NCBI GenBank assembly: GCA_044229145.1 | Contig: JBGATO010000015.1 | Coordinates: 1-64,000 of the forward strand | Length of the DNA: 64,000 nt | Source: Candidatus Eiseniibacteriota bacterium | GTDB taxonomy: Bacteria > Eisenbacteria > RBG-16-71-46 > CAZEPH01 | Direction of reading: 5' to 3' | In this document: positions 39,557-49,006 of the stretch, one piece after another | Layout: the number at the start of each line of letters is the position of its first letter | Numbering within the stretch: the stretch's first letter is position 1 | Program-made: the position numbers and the translations under genes | Notes under the pieces: model-generated | Database searches by the model: none | Told to the model about the DNA's origin: nothing | What the model saw: only the letters and a program-made list of their open reading frames with translations

Positions 39557-40827
39557 CAGGACTTCGAACCGCCCTTGTCGCTCACCGCCGAGACGACCTT
39601 GACCTTGGTGCCCACCTTGAGGGTGCGCAGGGTCTTGTACGGACCCGTGACCACGCGGTCGCCCTTCTTGACGTCGCCCACCACCTCGAAGTCGGTATCC
39701 CCGAGGAGGCCCGTGCGGACGTCGTGGAATGTGACCTTCGTATCCTTCCCCACCACGAACACGCCGATGCGATCCTTTTCCGCCTTGCCGGAGTTCTCGT
39801 CCTCGGCCTTCTTCGCGCGGCGGCCCTTCGCCCGCATCACCAGATCGCCCGGCTTGCGCGACACCACGGCCTGGATCGGCACCGTCAATGCGTTCGCCTT
39901 GGTCGCCGTCGTGATGTCGACGTCGCCCGACATGCCAGGTTTGACCTCGGGGACGGCATCGACGAATGAGATCTTGACCGTGAAGTTGGTCTTGGCCTCG
40001 GTGCCGATCGCTGCTTGGTTGCTGCCGCTCGCGGCGATGTCGCGGACACGCCCGCGGAAACTGGTGTCCGGTAGAGCGTCGACGGTGATCTTCACTTCCT
40101 GACCATTGCGCACGTTGACGATGTCCGCCTCGTCGACGTCCGCCCAGATCTCCATCTGCGACATGTCGGAAATAGTCAGCAGCACGGTACCCGGCTGGTT
40201 CATGGTGCCGATCACCGCCATCTCGCCGACTTCGACATTCAGTTCCGTCACGGTCCCGGAAATCGGCGCGTCGAACACGGTCTTGCTCAACTGATCCTTG
40301 GCGCGCCGCACCGCTTCGCGCGCCTGGTGCACGAACTCGCGATTGGCGTCACGCTCGGCACGCGCGGTGCGCATCTGCGTCTCGCTATTCTCGAGTTCCT
40401 GCGACGAAACCAACGACGACTTCGCCAGCGTCTGATTCCGCTTGTACGTAGCCTCGGCTTGCTGCAACGAGGCCTCACTCAGCCGCAGGCGCGCCTCCGA
40501 ACTTGCGACGGAGGCCTGGGCTTCGTTCAAGCTCGCGCGCAGTTGCTCGTCATCGAGCGCAAGCAGGAACTGCCCCTTCGTCACATGGTCGCCTTCCTTC
40601 ACGGCAAGGCGCGACACCTGCCCCATCGTGGTGGCCGAAATCTTGACGGTGCGTTCGGCCTGGATCGTCCCGGGCGCACGCACCTTCGACACGACGGTCT
40701 GGACTTTCGCGGCCTCCGCCTGCACCTCGGTGGCCTTGCCCTTGTTCTTGAGTACGTTACCGACGATCAGGCCCGCCAGCACGATGCCGGCCGCGACCCC
40801 GATCAGTACCTTGCGTCCGGTGGTCAT
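39556..40827 (-). CDS. Periplasmic adaptor / membrane fusion protein (MacA-like)
   Basis: N-terminal TM helix, VKEGD.V.KGQ.L, coiled-coil hairpin, APISGTV, V.EADI..V..GQ, KPGM. Confidence 0.9.
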   Translation of the reverse strand: MTTGRKVLIGVAAGIVLAGLIVGNVLKNKGKATEVQAEAAKVQTVVSKVRAPGTIQAERTVKISATTMGQVSRLAVKEGDHVTKGQFLLALDDEQLRASLNEAQASVASSEARLRLSEASLQQAEATYKRNQTLAKSSLVSSQELENSETQMRTARAERDANREFVHQAREAVRRAKDQLSKTVFDAPISGTVTELNVEVGEMAVIGTMNQPGTVLLTISDMSQMEIWADVDEADIVNVRNGQEVKITVDALPDTSFRGRVRDIAASGSNQAAIGTEAKTNFTVKISFVDAVPEVKPGMSGDVDITTATKANALTVPIQAVVSRKPGDLVMRAKGRRAKKAEDENSGKAEKDRIGVFVVGKDTKVTFHDVRTGLLGDTDFEVVGDVKKGDRVVTGPYKTLRTLKVGTKVKVVSAVSDKGGSKS

Positions 40828-42194
40828 CGCGTGCTCCCGATTCCCTCGACGAGCGACCGCCCTTCGGCCCTCGCCAGCGCGGCCTCCGCGACCTTCGCCT
40901 GCACCAGCGCGTCGATCAGCGACAAGCGCGCGCGCTTCAATCCCAGCTGCGCATCTTCGAGCTCCAGGCTCGTACCCGCGCCGACGCGGAAGCGCTCGCG
41001 CGAGAAGTCGTAGTCATCTTCGGCCGCGCTCACCGCGGTGCGCGCCGCTGCGACCTGCGCCGACGCCTGCTCCACGCTGGTGCGCGCCGCCACCAGGTCC
41101 GCCGCCGCCGCCTGGCGGCTCTCCTGCAACTGGAAATGCGCCTGCTCGGCATTCGCCGACGCCTGCCCGATGCGCGCCTTGTTGCCGATGACGTCGAAGA
41201 TCGGAAGCGAGAACTGCGCGGCGTAGGTCAGCTGGAAGTTCTGGTTGATCGACCCGGGCAGCAGCCACGAGTTGGCGCTCCAGTTGTTCGACGCGCTCAA
41301 GGTCAACGACGGCAGGATCGACGCCTTCGCAGCGGAACGTCCCGCTTCGGCGGCCGCCACGCGCGCTTGCATCGCCCGGACATCGGCCCGGCGATCGATC
41401 ACGCTGCTGACCGGCTCTGCACCCGCGGACGACTGCGGCGCCGCGTCGTCGATGTCGGTGACCACCGCAAGCGGAGCCGAGGGATCCACCCCGAGGGTCG
41501 CGGCCAAGCGCGCGCGCGACACCGACACGGCGTTCTCCGCGGCGATCGAGTCGACTTGCGCCTGCGCGAGGTCACGTACCGCCTTGGACACGTCGCCCCT
41601 CGATGCATTGCCCACGCCGTAGAACGCCTTGGCGCGCGTGGTGCGCTCCCGCGCGTTCCCGACCGCTTCGATCGCAACGTCACGCCGCTTCTCCGCGCCG
41701 ACTAGATCGTAGTAGTGCTGCACGGTGGTGAAGGCAACGGTCTCTCGTGTGTCGATCAGCGAGGAATTGCTCGCCTCGAGCTCCTTGCGGGAGCGTCGCA
41801 GATTGCTCCACGTCGCGAAGGACAACACCTCGCTGGAGAGCGAGATGTCCATGCCATGGCTCTCCGGGTTGGTGTAGGACGGATGCGCTTGCCGGACGAA
41901 CTTCTGGCCGAGGAAGTTGAAGGTCTGCGAATCGGCCTTGCTCACGTAGGTTTGCGTAACGCTGTACCCATAAGCGCCGAGCCGGGGCAGGATGCTGCCC
42001 CACGCACCGGTGACACCGGCCTCGCTTCCTTTCACGCCGGCCGCCGCCCCTTGCAGCGACGGATTGTGCGTCAAGGCGAGGCCGAGGCACTCCCGCAGAG
42101 TGAGCGGCTGGCCGGCGTCCGCCGCCCGCGCCGAGGCGGCGCCAGCGACCATCCCCACGCACACGACACCCACGAGAACACGACTGGAGATCAC
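40824..42194 (-). CDS. TolC family outer-membrane efflux protein
   Basis: Signal peptide, LTL.ECL.LAL.HNP, two OEP repeats, F.VG.GTSLEL.DAQ. GGAGG RBS before the GTG. Confidence 0.88.
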   Translation of the reverse strand: MISSRVLVGVVCVGMVAGAASARAADAGQPLTLRECLGLALTHNPSLQGAAAGVKGSEAGVTGAWGSILPRLGAYGYSVTQTYVSKADSQTFNFLGQKFVRQAHPSYTNPESHGMDISLSSEVLSFATWSNLRRSRKELEASNSSLIDTRETVAFTTVQHYYDLVGAEKRRDVAIEAVGNARERTTRAKAFYGVGNASRGDVSKAVRDLAQAQVDSIAAENAVSVSRARLAATLGVDPSAPLAVVTDIDDAAPQSSAGAEPVSSVIDRRADVRAMQARVAAAEAGRSAAKASILPSLTLSASNNWSANSWLLPGSINQNFQLTYAAQFSLPIFDVIGNKARIGQASANAEQAHFQLQESRQAAAADLVAARTSVEQASAQVAAARTAVSAAEDDYDFSRERFRVGAGTSLELEDAQLGLKRARLSLIDALVQAKVAEAALARAEGRSLVEGIGSTR

Positions 42195-42269
42195 GAGAAT
42201 TCCTCCACAACTGGAATCGCACTGCTGTCGAAGATGCACAACCGGCAGGAGGCAGCCTTCGGACCCCAC

Positions 42270-42295
42270 GACGCGTGGGTCTCCGCTCAGGTTGC
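42270..42295 (-). promoter_or_regulatory. Possible ECF-sigma promoter upstream of tolC
   Basis: GCAACC-N16-CGTC on the minus strand, fitting the generic ECF AAC/CGT pattern. Confidence 0.3.
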
Positions 42296-42336
42296 GCTCC
42301 CCCGGCACGAAATTGACATTGCCGGCGACGAGGCGA

Positions 42337-43089
42337 TCAGGCGCGCGCCTGCATGCCTCCGAAAATCGCTGCCACCACCGCACCGATGGCCCACAAGATC
42401 CCGGCACACGTGTAGCCGAACGCACGCGGCCGACGAAACGCCGCCGCGACGCCTTCCGCAGTAACCGCGAGCTGCCACAGCATGAACGCTTCGACGGTAC
42501 TCAACACGCCGCGCAGCATTCCCATCCCGAACGAGCCCGAATGCGGCGGAATCAGAAATCCTAGTCCGACGAGCGAATCCATCAGGGTCTGCATGTCCGC
42601 GGCATCGGTGCTCCCGGCACGCAGCAGGCGAACCGGCGTCTGGACGATCACGCTCACCATACCAATTAGCCCGGTCCACGCGATCACCGCGAACACCACA
42701 CGGAATGTGGACTGCGCTCCAAGCACCAACGAGCCGAGGAAGTACAGGATCGCCGCCGCCAGGAGCGTCATGAGGACCGGCATGATCACCGCCATCGTAA
42801 TCGTGATATAGGTGAAGACCGGTTTCGTCATCTGCTCTTCGATCTTGTCGAGTTGCTCTGCGGGCATGTCCGCGGACTTCTGTTCCATCGCCGCGATCTG
42901 CATCGGCACGATGATCGGCTTGTACGTGAGGCCGGCAGAGAGGCCGCTCAGCACCGCCGTGATGAGAAGCGGCACGAGCCACGACGGATTCGCCACTACC
43001 GCCGCCATCGTCTTGCGCGGTGCGGCGAACACTCCGAGAATCAGCGCCCCGATTCCGGGGCGGGGCGCGGGAACGACAGCCTCATCCAT
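42337..43089 (-). CDS. Yip1-domain membrane protein
   Basis: GVF.AP.KT......P.W.VPL pattern and about 5 TM helices. This family is commonly found upstream of TolC/MacAB genes. Confidence 0.72.
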   Translation of the reverse strand: MDEAVVPAPRPGIGALILGVFAAPRKTMAAVVANPSWLVPLLITAVLSGLSAGLTYKPIIVPMQIAAMEQKSADMPAEQLDKIEEQMTKPVFTYITITMAVIMPVLMTLLAAAILYFLGSLVLGAQSTFRVVFAVIAWTGLIGMVSVIVQTPVRLLRAGSTDAADMQTLMDSLVGLGFLIPPHSGSFGMGMLRGVLSTVEAFMLWQLAVTAEGVAAAFRRPRAFGYTCAGILWAIGAVVAAIFGGMQARA

Positions 43090-43148
43090 GGTGCGTCTCC
43101 TCTCTGCGCCGTTCCGGTCGCGGGGGGATGGCGAACGGTCGCCGGAGG

Positions 43149-43178
43149 ACGCTACGGGGCTGCTGCTCCGAGTGTCAA
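43149..43178 (-). promoter_or_regulatory. Putative sigma-70 promoter for the Yip1-tolC-macAB operon
   Basis: TTGACA-N18-TAGCGT on the minus strand. Confidence 0.5.
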
Positions 43179-43198
43179 GCGTCCGCGCGGGTGCGTGG

Positions 43199-44791
43199 TC
43201 ACCCGACACCCACACGGCGCCCCACACGCTGCACGACCCCGAGCAATTGGGAGACCTCCGGCACGCCGAACGCCTTGCCGCATGCCGCGAATACGACCGC
43301 CCCGGCGGGAATCGTCACAGCGAGCTCGCCGGCACGCGCGGCGATCCCCGCCGTCCCCCACGCGCGTTCGAGGGCCCCGGCCAGGAACCAGACGCCGACT
43401 CCCATGACCGCGGATGCCGCAGCGATCCGCGCAGTCGCCCATCCGACGGCCCCGAGCCCCAGTGCGCCGACGCGGCGATGTAACACCGCCAACAGGATCG
43501 CGAGGTTCAGCGTCATCGTGACGCTCGTCGCCAAGGCGAGACCGCGATGCTGGAGGATCGGCGCCAAGGCGAGATTCATCCCGATGTTCAGGACGACCAC
43601 CCCGACGCTGACCAGCACGGGCGTCCGCGTGTCCTTCAAGGCATAGAAGGTCGGCACCACGACCTTCACGCCAGAATAGGCGGCCAGCCCGACGCAGTAG
43701 AACACCAGCGCCGCGGCCGTCTGCCGCGTGTCGGTGGCCGTGAAATGCCCGTGCTCGTAGACCACACGGATGATCGGCGCCGCCAGCGCGATCAGCCCCG
43801 CCGTGGCCGGCAGCGTCAGAACGGCCACCAGGCGCAGTGCACCCGCAAGCTCCTGACGCATCTTCGGCATATCCTGCAACGCGACGGCCCGGGACACCGC
43901 CGGCAGGGTCACCGTCGACACCGCGACACCGAACACGCCGATTGGCACGTACATCAGGCGAAACGCGTAGTTGAGCCAGCTCACGCTTCCCTCGCCCGGC
44001 AGACCGGCCGCGATCTGGGTGTTGACGACGAGGTTGATCTGCGTGGCCGCCAGTCCGAGCGTGGCCGGAACCATCAGCAGCACGATCCGGCGCACGCCAG
44101 GGTCTCGCGGGGCCCACATCGGCCGCGGGCGATATCCTTCCTTCCAGAATCCCGGCACATGCACCAAGACCTGCCCGAGGACACCCAGCACGGTGCCGAC
44201 AGCCATTCCCACGATCGGCGGCTGTCCCAGCATCTTCGCCACCGGCACGAGGGTCACGCCGGCCACGATCATGCCCACCGAAATCATCCCCGGCGCCAAC
44301 GCCGGCACGGCAAAACTCGAGAGCGCGTTGAGCACTCCAGTCGCCGCCGCCCCAACCGCAATGAGCATGAGGAACGGCATCAAGATGCGAGTGAGTTGCA
44401 CCGTCAGTTCGATCTTCCCCGGAATCCGGGCGAAGCCGGGCGCGAGCGCATGCACCAACGGATCCGCGGTGGCAATCCCGAGCAGCACCAAGGCTCCGGT
44501 GACCACCGCCAACATGGTCATCACCACGTTCGCCAGGCGGAAGGCGCTCGCGCGCCCGCGCAACGTCAGTTCCTCAGTGAACGTCGGGACGAAGGCGCTC
44601 GACATCGCGCCCTCGGCGAAGAGATCGCGCAGCAGATTGGGAATACGGAAGGCGACGTTGAAGGCATCGGTGGCCATGCCCGCGCCGAAGAGTGCGGCGA
44701 AGACTTGCTCGCGGACCAGGCCGAGGAGACGCGAGGCGAGCGTCGCCCCCGACACGAGGGCAGCCGACTTCCCCCGGCTCCTCTCGCTCAC
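43199..44791 (-). CDS. murJ: Lipid II flippase MurJ (MviN)
   Basis: SRLLGLVRE, DAFNVAFRIPNLLRDLFAEGAMS.AFVP, FYA.KDTRTP, GLALATS. Confidence 0.95.
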   Translation of the reverse strand: MSERSRGKSAALVSGATLASRLLGLVREQVFAALFGAGMATDAFNVAFRIPNLLRDLFAEGAMSSAFVPTFTEELTLRGRASAFRLANVVMTMLAVVTGALVLLGIATADPLVHALAPGFARIPGKIELTVQLTRILMPFLMLIAVGAAATGVLNALSSFAVPALAPGMISVGMIVAGVTLVPVAKMLGQPPIVGMAVGTVLGVLGQVLVHVPGFWKEGYRPRPMWAPRDPGVRRIVLLMVPATLGLAATQINLVVNTQIAAGLPGEGSVSWLNYAFRLMYVPIGVFGVAVSTVTLPAVSRAVALQDMPKMRQELAGALRLVAVLTLPATAGLIALAAPIIRVVYEHGHFTATDTRQTAAALVFYCVGLAAYSGVKVVVPTFYALKDTRTPVLVSVGVVVLNIGMNLALAPILQHRGLALATSVTMTLNLAILLAVLHRRVGALGLGAVGWATARIAAASAVMGVGVWFLAGALERAWGTAGIAARAGELAVTIPAGAVVFAACGKAFGVPEVSQLLGVVQRVGRRVGVG

Positions 44792-44797
44792 CGCGGG

Positions 44798-45460
44798 TTA
44801 CTTCCCGCGGGCGCGAGCGGCCTTCCGCGCGCGCAACGTATTGCGCAGCGCCCACGCTCCGAGGATCACCACCACGCCGCCGATCACGCCGTCGGCCCGA
44901 TGGAAGTACGGGCCGAGCGTATTCCAGTGCTCGCCCATCTTGTGCCCCACCCAGGCCAACGCCCAGCACCAGGGATAGGAACCGATGACGGAGAGCAGCA
45001 GGAACGGCACGAACGGCATGCGCGTCATCCCGGCCGGGAAGGAAATGAACGTTCGCACGACCGGAAGCAGACGGCAAATCAGCGTCGTGGCCTGCCCGTA
45101 CTTGTGGAAGAAGCGCTCGGCGACGTCGATCTCGTGGGAGCTCACCAAGATGTACTTGCCATAGCGCTCGATGAAGGGACGCCCACCCCAGCGGCCCAAT
45201 GCGTACGCCGCTGCGGATCCGACGCCGCATCCAATCGCGCCGGCCAGGCCGGCGCCGACCAACGAGAACCGGCCCTGCATCGCCAAGTAGCCGGCGAAGG
45301 GCATGATGATCTCGCTCGGCAGCGGGATGCAGGCGCTCTCGATCGCCATGAGAACGACGACGCCGGGATACCCCATGGTGTCGATGACGTGCGTGATGAA
45401 GCTGGCGAGATGTTCGATGAGTGCGGTGAGAATCGAGAAGCCCTCCGGGGAAGCCGGCAT
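44798..45460 (-). CDS. DedA family membrane protein
   Basis: LMAIESACIPLPSEIIMPFAG, RLLPVVRTFISFPAG. Confidence 0.92.
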   Translation of the reverse strand: MPASPEGFSILTALIEHLASFITHVIDTMGYPGVVVLMAIESACIPLPSEIIMPFAGYLAMQGRFSLVGAGLAGAIGCGVGSAAAYALGRWGGRPFIERYGKYILVSSHEIDVAERFFHKYGQATTLICRLLPVVRTFISFPAGMTRMPFVPFLLLSVIGSYPWCWALAWVGHKMGEHWNTLGPYFHRADGVIGGVVVILGAWALRNTLRARKAARARGK

Positions 45461-45521
45461 TGTTTCGGAGACGGGGAGGCGCGTCAAGCGCTCTCCCCGT
45501 CCGTCGGTCCCGCGGCCGGAG

Positions 45522-46242
45522 CTACTCGTTGAGGGAGAATCGCACCGGGATCCGGACCCACACCTCCTGCGGGTGCGCATTGTTCATGGCGGGCCGCCAG
45601 GTTGACGCCATTACCGCCTGGACCGCCGCGTCCGTGAGGATCCCGAGCGGCTGCACGACGAAGGTGCGCAGGACGTGGCCATCCTTCGCGAGGAGCGCGT
45701 CGATCACGACGCTGCCCTCGAGTCCCGCCTCCCGCGCAAAATCCGGATAGGACACCGCAGGCATGCGGACCAGGACGGGCTCCTGGGTCACGAACACGAA
45801 GGAAGGCGCCCGGATGGGCTCCGTTGCCCCGGAATGATGATGCCGTCCGTGCCATCGTCCATTCCCGGCCCCGGCCAAGAAGTCCCGTCCGGCCCGACGC
45901 CGCGGCAGAGGTCGGGGCGGTGGAAAGCAAGTCGGCGACCGGCAGCGGAAGCGCGCCGCGTGATCCGCCACGGGCGCCCTGTGACCCGCTCTCCACGAGA
46001 ACGCCGGCGGCTTGAGGAGCGTGGTGTTGTACCGGGATGGAGAAGATCTCGACCGCGCCGCCTTGCGCGGCCGTCGCTCCCGTGTGCAGCACGGCGTACA
46101 TCCGCATGCTTCCAATCGTCACCAGGTGAGAGCACGCGGCAATCGTCAGGGCAGTCACGAAGAACCGTTGCGACACGGCACGGTATCCCTGTGGCCCCGC
46201 CAAGCCGTGCGCATCGATCCGGGAAGCAAGAGCAGCACTCAT
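45522..46242 (-). pseudogene. Frameshifted TonB (energy transducer) paralog; either a pseudogene or a sequencing error
   Basis: The N-terminus (MSAALASR...YRAVSQRFFVTAL...PLPVAD) is in one frame and the TonB C-domain (FVFVTQEP...YPDFAREAGLEGSV...WRPAMNN...VWVRIPVRFSLNE) in another. Both are collinear with the adjacent intact TonB. Confidence 0.75.
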
Positions 46243-46344
46243 GGGAGTCCCCCTTCCGTCGTCGCGGCGCGCCCGAGTGGCGCGTCCGCCAGGAACGACC
46301 AACCCCGCCTCCACGTGGCGACACGTGGAAACGGGGTCGGGGGA

Positions 46345-46365
46345 TCCCCGTCTTCACGACGGGGA
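46345..46365 (-). terminator. Stem-loop after tonB
   Basis: Inverted repeat TCCCCGTC-N5-GACGGGGA about 17 nt after the stop. No U tract. Confidence 0.3.
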
Positions 46366-46382
46366 CACTGCGAATGCCGTGC

Positions 46383-47117
46383 CTAGTTGAGGCTGAACTT
46401 CACAGGCACTTCCACCCACACTTCTACCGGCTTGTTGTTGTTCATCGCCGGCTTCCAGCGGCTGGCGGTCACCGCCTTGACGGCGGCGTCGTCGAGCAGG
46501 TTCACCGACTTGGTCACCTGCGTCCGCTTCACGATACCGTCCTTGCCGATGAGAGCCTGCACCTTGACCGTCCCTTCCAACTGCGCGTCACGCGCCAGTT
46601 CCGGGTAGTCAGGCTTCGGCATCGACACCAGCGTCGGCGGGTCCTCGTAGTAGACGAACTCGCCGATCTTCGGCGACTCGTCTTCCTGCGGCGCGGAGAT
46701 CACGATCTCGTCGCCGGACCCGGCATCGGTCTGATTCGGGTTGAAGGACTGGATTTCCTGCTGCGTCGCGATCGTCTGTTCCTTCGGCGCCTCCGCGTCC
46801 GGCACCGGCATCGGCACACCGACGGACGGTGGCGCGACGGCCTGCGTGGCGACGGCGGTCGGCGGCGGCGTCTTGGAGAGCGACGGCGGCGGCGCGAGCA
46901 CCTTGAACTTGGCGAGAACGACCGGGCGCTCCTTCTCCCGCTTCGCCATGATGTAGTTGTAGAGTTTGATCCCGCCGATGACCACGCCATGCGCAATGAT
47001 GGCGAAAATCAGCGCGCGGATCAGAAAGCGCTGTGCGACGGCCTTGAGTTCAGGCGCGCCGTACAGGCCGGGCTGCGTCGGCTTCATCGCTGCCGCGGGT
47101 GCGGTGGGTGCGCTCAT
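46383..47117 (-). CDS. tonB: Energy transducer TonB
   Basis: YGAPELK, TM helix with His (IAHG), Pro-rich linker, YPELAR.AQLEG.V...W.PA...KPV.VWV.VPV.F.L. Confidence 0.88.
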   Translation of the reverse strand: MSAPTAPAAAMKPTQPGLYGAPELKAVAQRFLIRALIFAIIAHGVVIGGIKLYNYIMAKREKERPVVLAKFKVLAPPPSLSKTPPPTAVATQAVAPPSVGVPMPVPDAEAPKEQTIATQQEIQSFNPNQTDAGSGDEIVISAPQEDESPKIGEFVYYEDPPTLVSMPKPDYPELARDAQLEGTVKVQALIGKDGIVKRTQVTKSVNLLDDAAVKAVTASRWKPAMNNNKPVEVWVEVPVKFSLN

Positions 47118-47602
47118 TGGATGCCCTCCACCTCAGCGCGTTCCTGATCCGACAGTTTCGCCAGACCGAAGCGGGACACGCCATGCACCTGCAATTGGTC
47201 GATGACGTCGACCATGGACTCGTACTTCGCGTCACGGGCGATCTTGATCACCACGATCAGCTTGTTGTTGGCACGGGACGCGTCGCCCACGATCTTCGCG
47301 AGCTCCTTGTTGTCCTTCGCCAGACGGTACGGGTTCAGTTTGACGTCGCCGATCGAGTAGTAGTACTTCGGGCCGGGAAGCACCCGAAGCGTCATCACGT
47401 TCGACTGCGCTACCGGGACGGGCGGAGCATCCTTGGGCGGCAGACTGATTTCCAGCGCCTGCGGCTGACGGAACACCGTCGTCACCATGAAGAAAATGAG
47501 CAGCAGGAACGCCACGTCCACCATCGGCGTCATGTCGATACGAATACCGACTCGGCGCTTGCCTTTGCCGCCTGATGACTGTGGGGTATCTACAGCACCC
47601 AT
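47114..47602 (-). CDS. exbD: ExbD/TolR family protein
   Basis: IDMTPMVDVAFLLLIFFMVTT. Confidence 0.9.
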   Translation of the reverse strand: MGAVDTPQSSGGKGKRRVGIRIDMTPMVDVAFLLLIFFMVTTVFRQPQALEISLPPKDAPPVPVAQSNVMTLRVLPGPKYYYSIGDVKLNPYRLAKDNKELAKIVGDASRANNKLIVVIKIARDAKYESMVDVIDQLQVHGVSRFGLAKLSDQERAEVEGIQ

Positions 47603-47644
47603 GCTTTCCTCTCTGTGTCCGGGCCAGCGATACCGACCCTTGCG

Positions 47645-48139
47645 CTACTGAATCTTCTCGCTGTTGAACTCGGTCACAACGTTGAAGGTGGTCGTATTGG
47701 TGTTCTGCAGCGCGTCCATCACGTCCTGCATGGCTCCGTACGGCACTCGCCTGTCGGTCTTCACGATCATGCGGGCCGACGAGATCTCGAGTCGCGCGGT
47801 TTGCAGCACGTTCTCGATATCCGCCAAGGTGATGTCCACCGTCTGGGTGAGGATCTTGATGCTGCCATCCTCACGCTTGAGCGGCTGGTTGTTCGCGTCG
47901 AGTTGCACCTTCGGGAACGTGATGTCCATGCCCCCGTCTTCAAACACCGAGAGGATGATGACCTTGGACTGCGGCACCTTCAACTCGGAGTGCGACACGG
48001 GAAGCCTGATCTGCTTCTTCTCCGGCGGCTTGAACGTCGTCGTGAGCATGAAGAAGATCAGAAGGAGGAACGCCACGTCCACCATCGGGGTCATGTCGAT
48101 TGCGATCCCGAGGCGCTTGGGCTTCCGAACCTTCGACAT
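47645..48139 (-). CDS. exbD: ExbD/TolR family protein
   Basis: IDMTPMVDVAFLLLIFFMLTT, K.D....YG....VMD.L. Confidence 0.9.
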   Translation of the reverse strand: MSKVRKPKRLGIAIDMTPMVDVAFLLLIFFMLTTTFKPPEKKQIRLPVSHSELKVPQSKVIILSVFEDGGMDITFPKVQLDANNQPLKREDGSIKILTQTVDITLADIENVLQTARLEISSARMIVKTDRRVPYGAMQDVMDALQNTNTTTFNVVTEFNSEKIQ

Positions 48140-48865
48140 TTACCGGTTCTCCAAGCTGTGCTCGGTCAGCATCTGCATGACTTCCTGCGAGGACTCTTCC
48201 ACCTGGTAGTTGAAGAGGTCGACGCGGGTCACGAACACGTTGTAGAAGACGATCCCGAGGATACCGACGGAGATTCCACCCGCCGTGTTGATGAGCGCCT
48301 CGGAAATACCGAGCGCGAGCTGGACGGCGTCCGGCGCGGCACCCTGACCCATCGCGTGGAACGACCGGATCATTCCGATAACGGTTCCGAGAAGACCCAC
48401 CATCGTCGAGATCGACGCGATGGTCGACAAGGCGATCAAGTTACGCTCGAGCAGCGGCGTCTCGAGGGCCGTGGCCTCTTCGATCGCGCGCTGGGTTTCC
48501 ACCATCTTGCGCTCCTGGCCGAACCCAGCCTTCTGGGCCGAGGCGTACGCCTCGAAGCCGGAGCGGAGCACGTTCGCCGCCGAGCCGCGCTGGTCGGCGC
48601 AGAGCTTCGTCGCCTTGGCAATGTCACCCGCGGCGAGCGCCTTCTTCACGTCGCTGATGAACAGCGACATCGGGCGCTTGCCCGCCGCCTTGCCGAGGGT
48701 CAGGAGACGCTCGAACACGAACGTGAAGAGGAGGATCGACAACGTGATAAGACCGACGACCAGCGGTCCACCGTTCTTGACGAATTCCGGCAACAAGAAG
48801 TTATAGATCGCGAAGGCGATCCCCAGCGCCAGAACGAGAACCACCCAGATGAATGCGCCTTTCAT
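48140..48865 (-). CDS. exbB: MotA/TolQ/ExbB proton channel protein
   Basis: LSTIAS..T..GLLGTVIGMIRSF, LA.GISEALINTA.G. GAGGAGG RBS. Confidence 0.92.
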   Translation of the reverse strand: MKGAFIWVVLVLALGIAFAIYNFLLPEFVKNGGPLVVGLITLSILLFTFVFERLLTLGKAAGKRPMSLFISDVKKALAAGDIAKATKLCADQRGSAANVLRSGFEAYASAQKAGFGQERKMVETQRAIEEATALETPLLERNLIALSTIASISTMVGLLGTVIGMIRSFHAMGQGAAPDAVQLALGISEALINTAGGISVGILGIVFYNVFVTRVDLFNYQVEESSQEVMQMLTEHSLENR

Positions 48866-49006
48866 ATCTGCCGTCTCCTCCTCAGAGTCATCCGCACGCG
48901 GTGACACCGCCGTCAGCAACACCGCGTGCGCGAAGTTCGAATGAAACTGCTGCTACCTCTCACACGCCGAGCGAGGATTGCGTGGCCTCGCCCGACGCCG
49001 CTTCAC

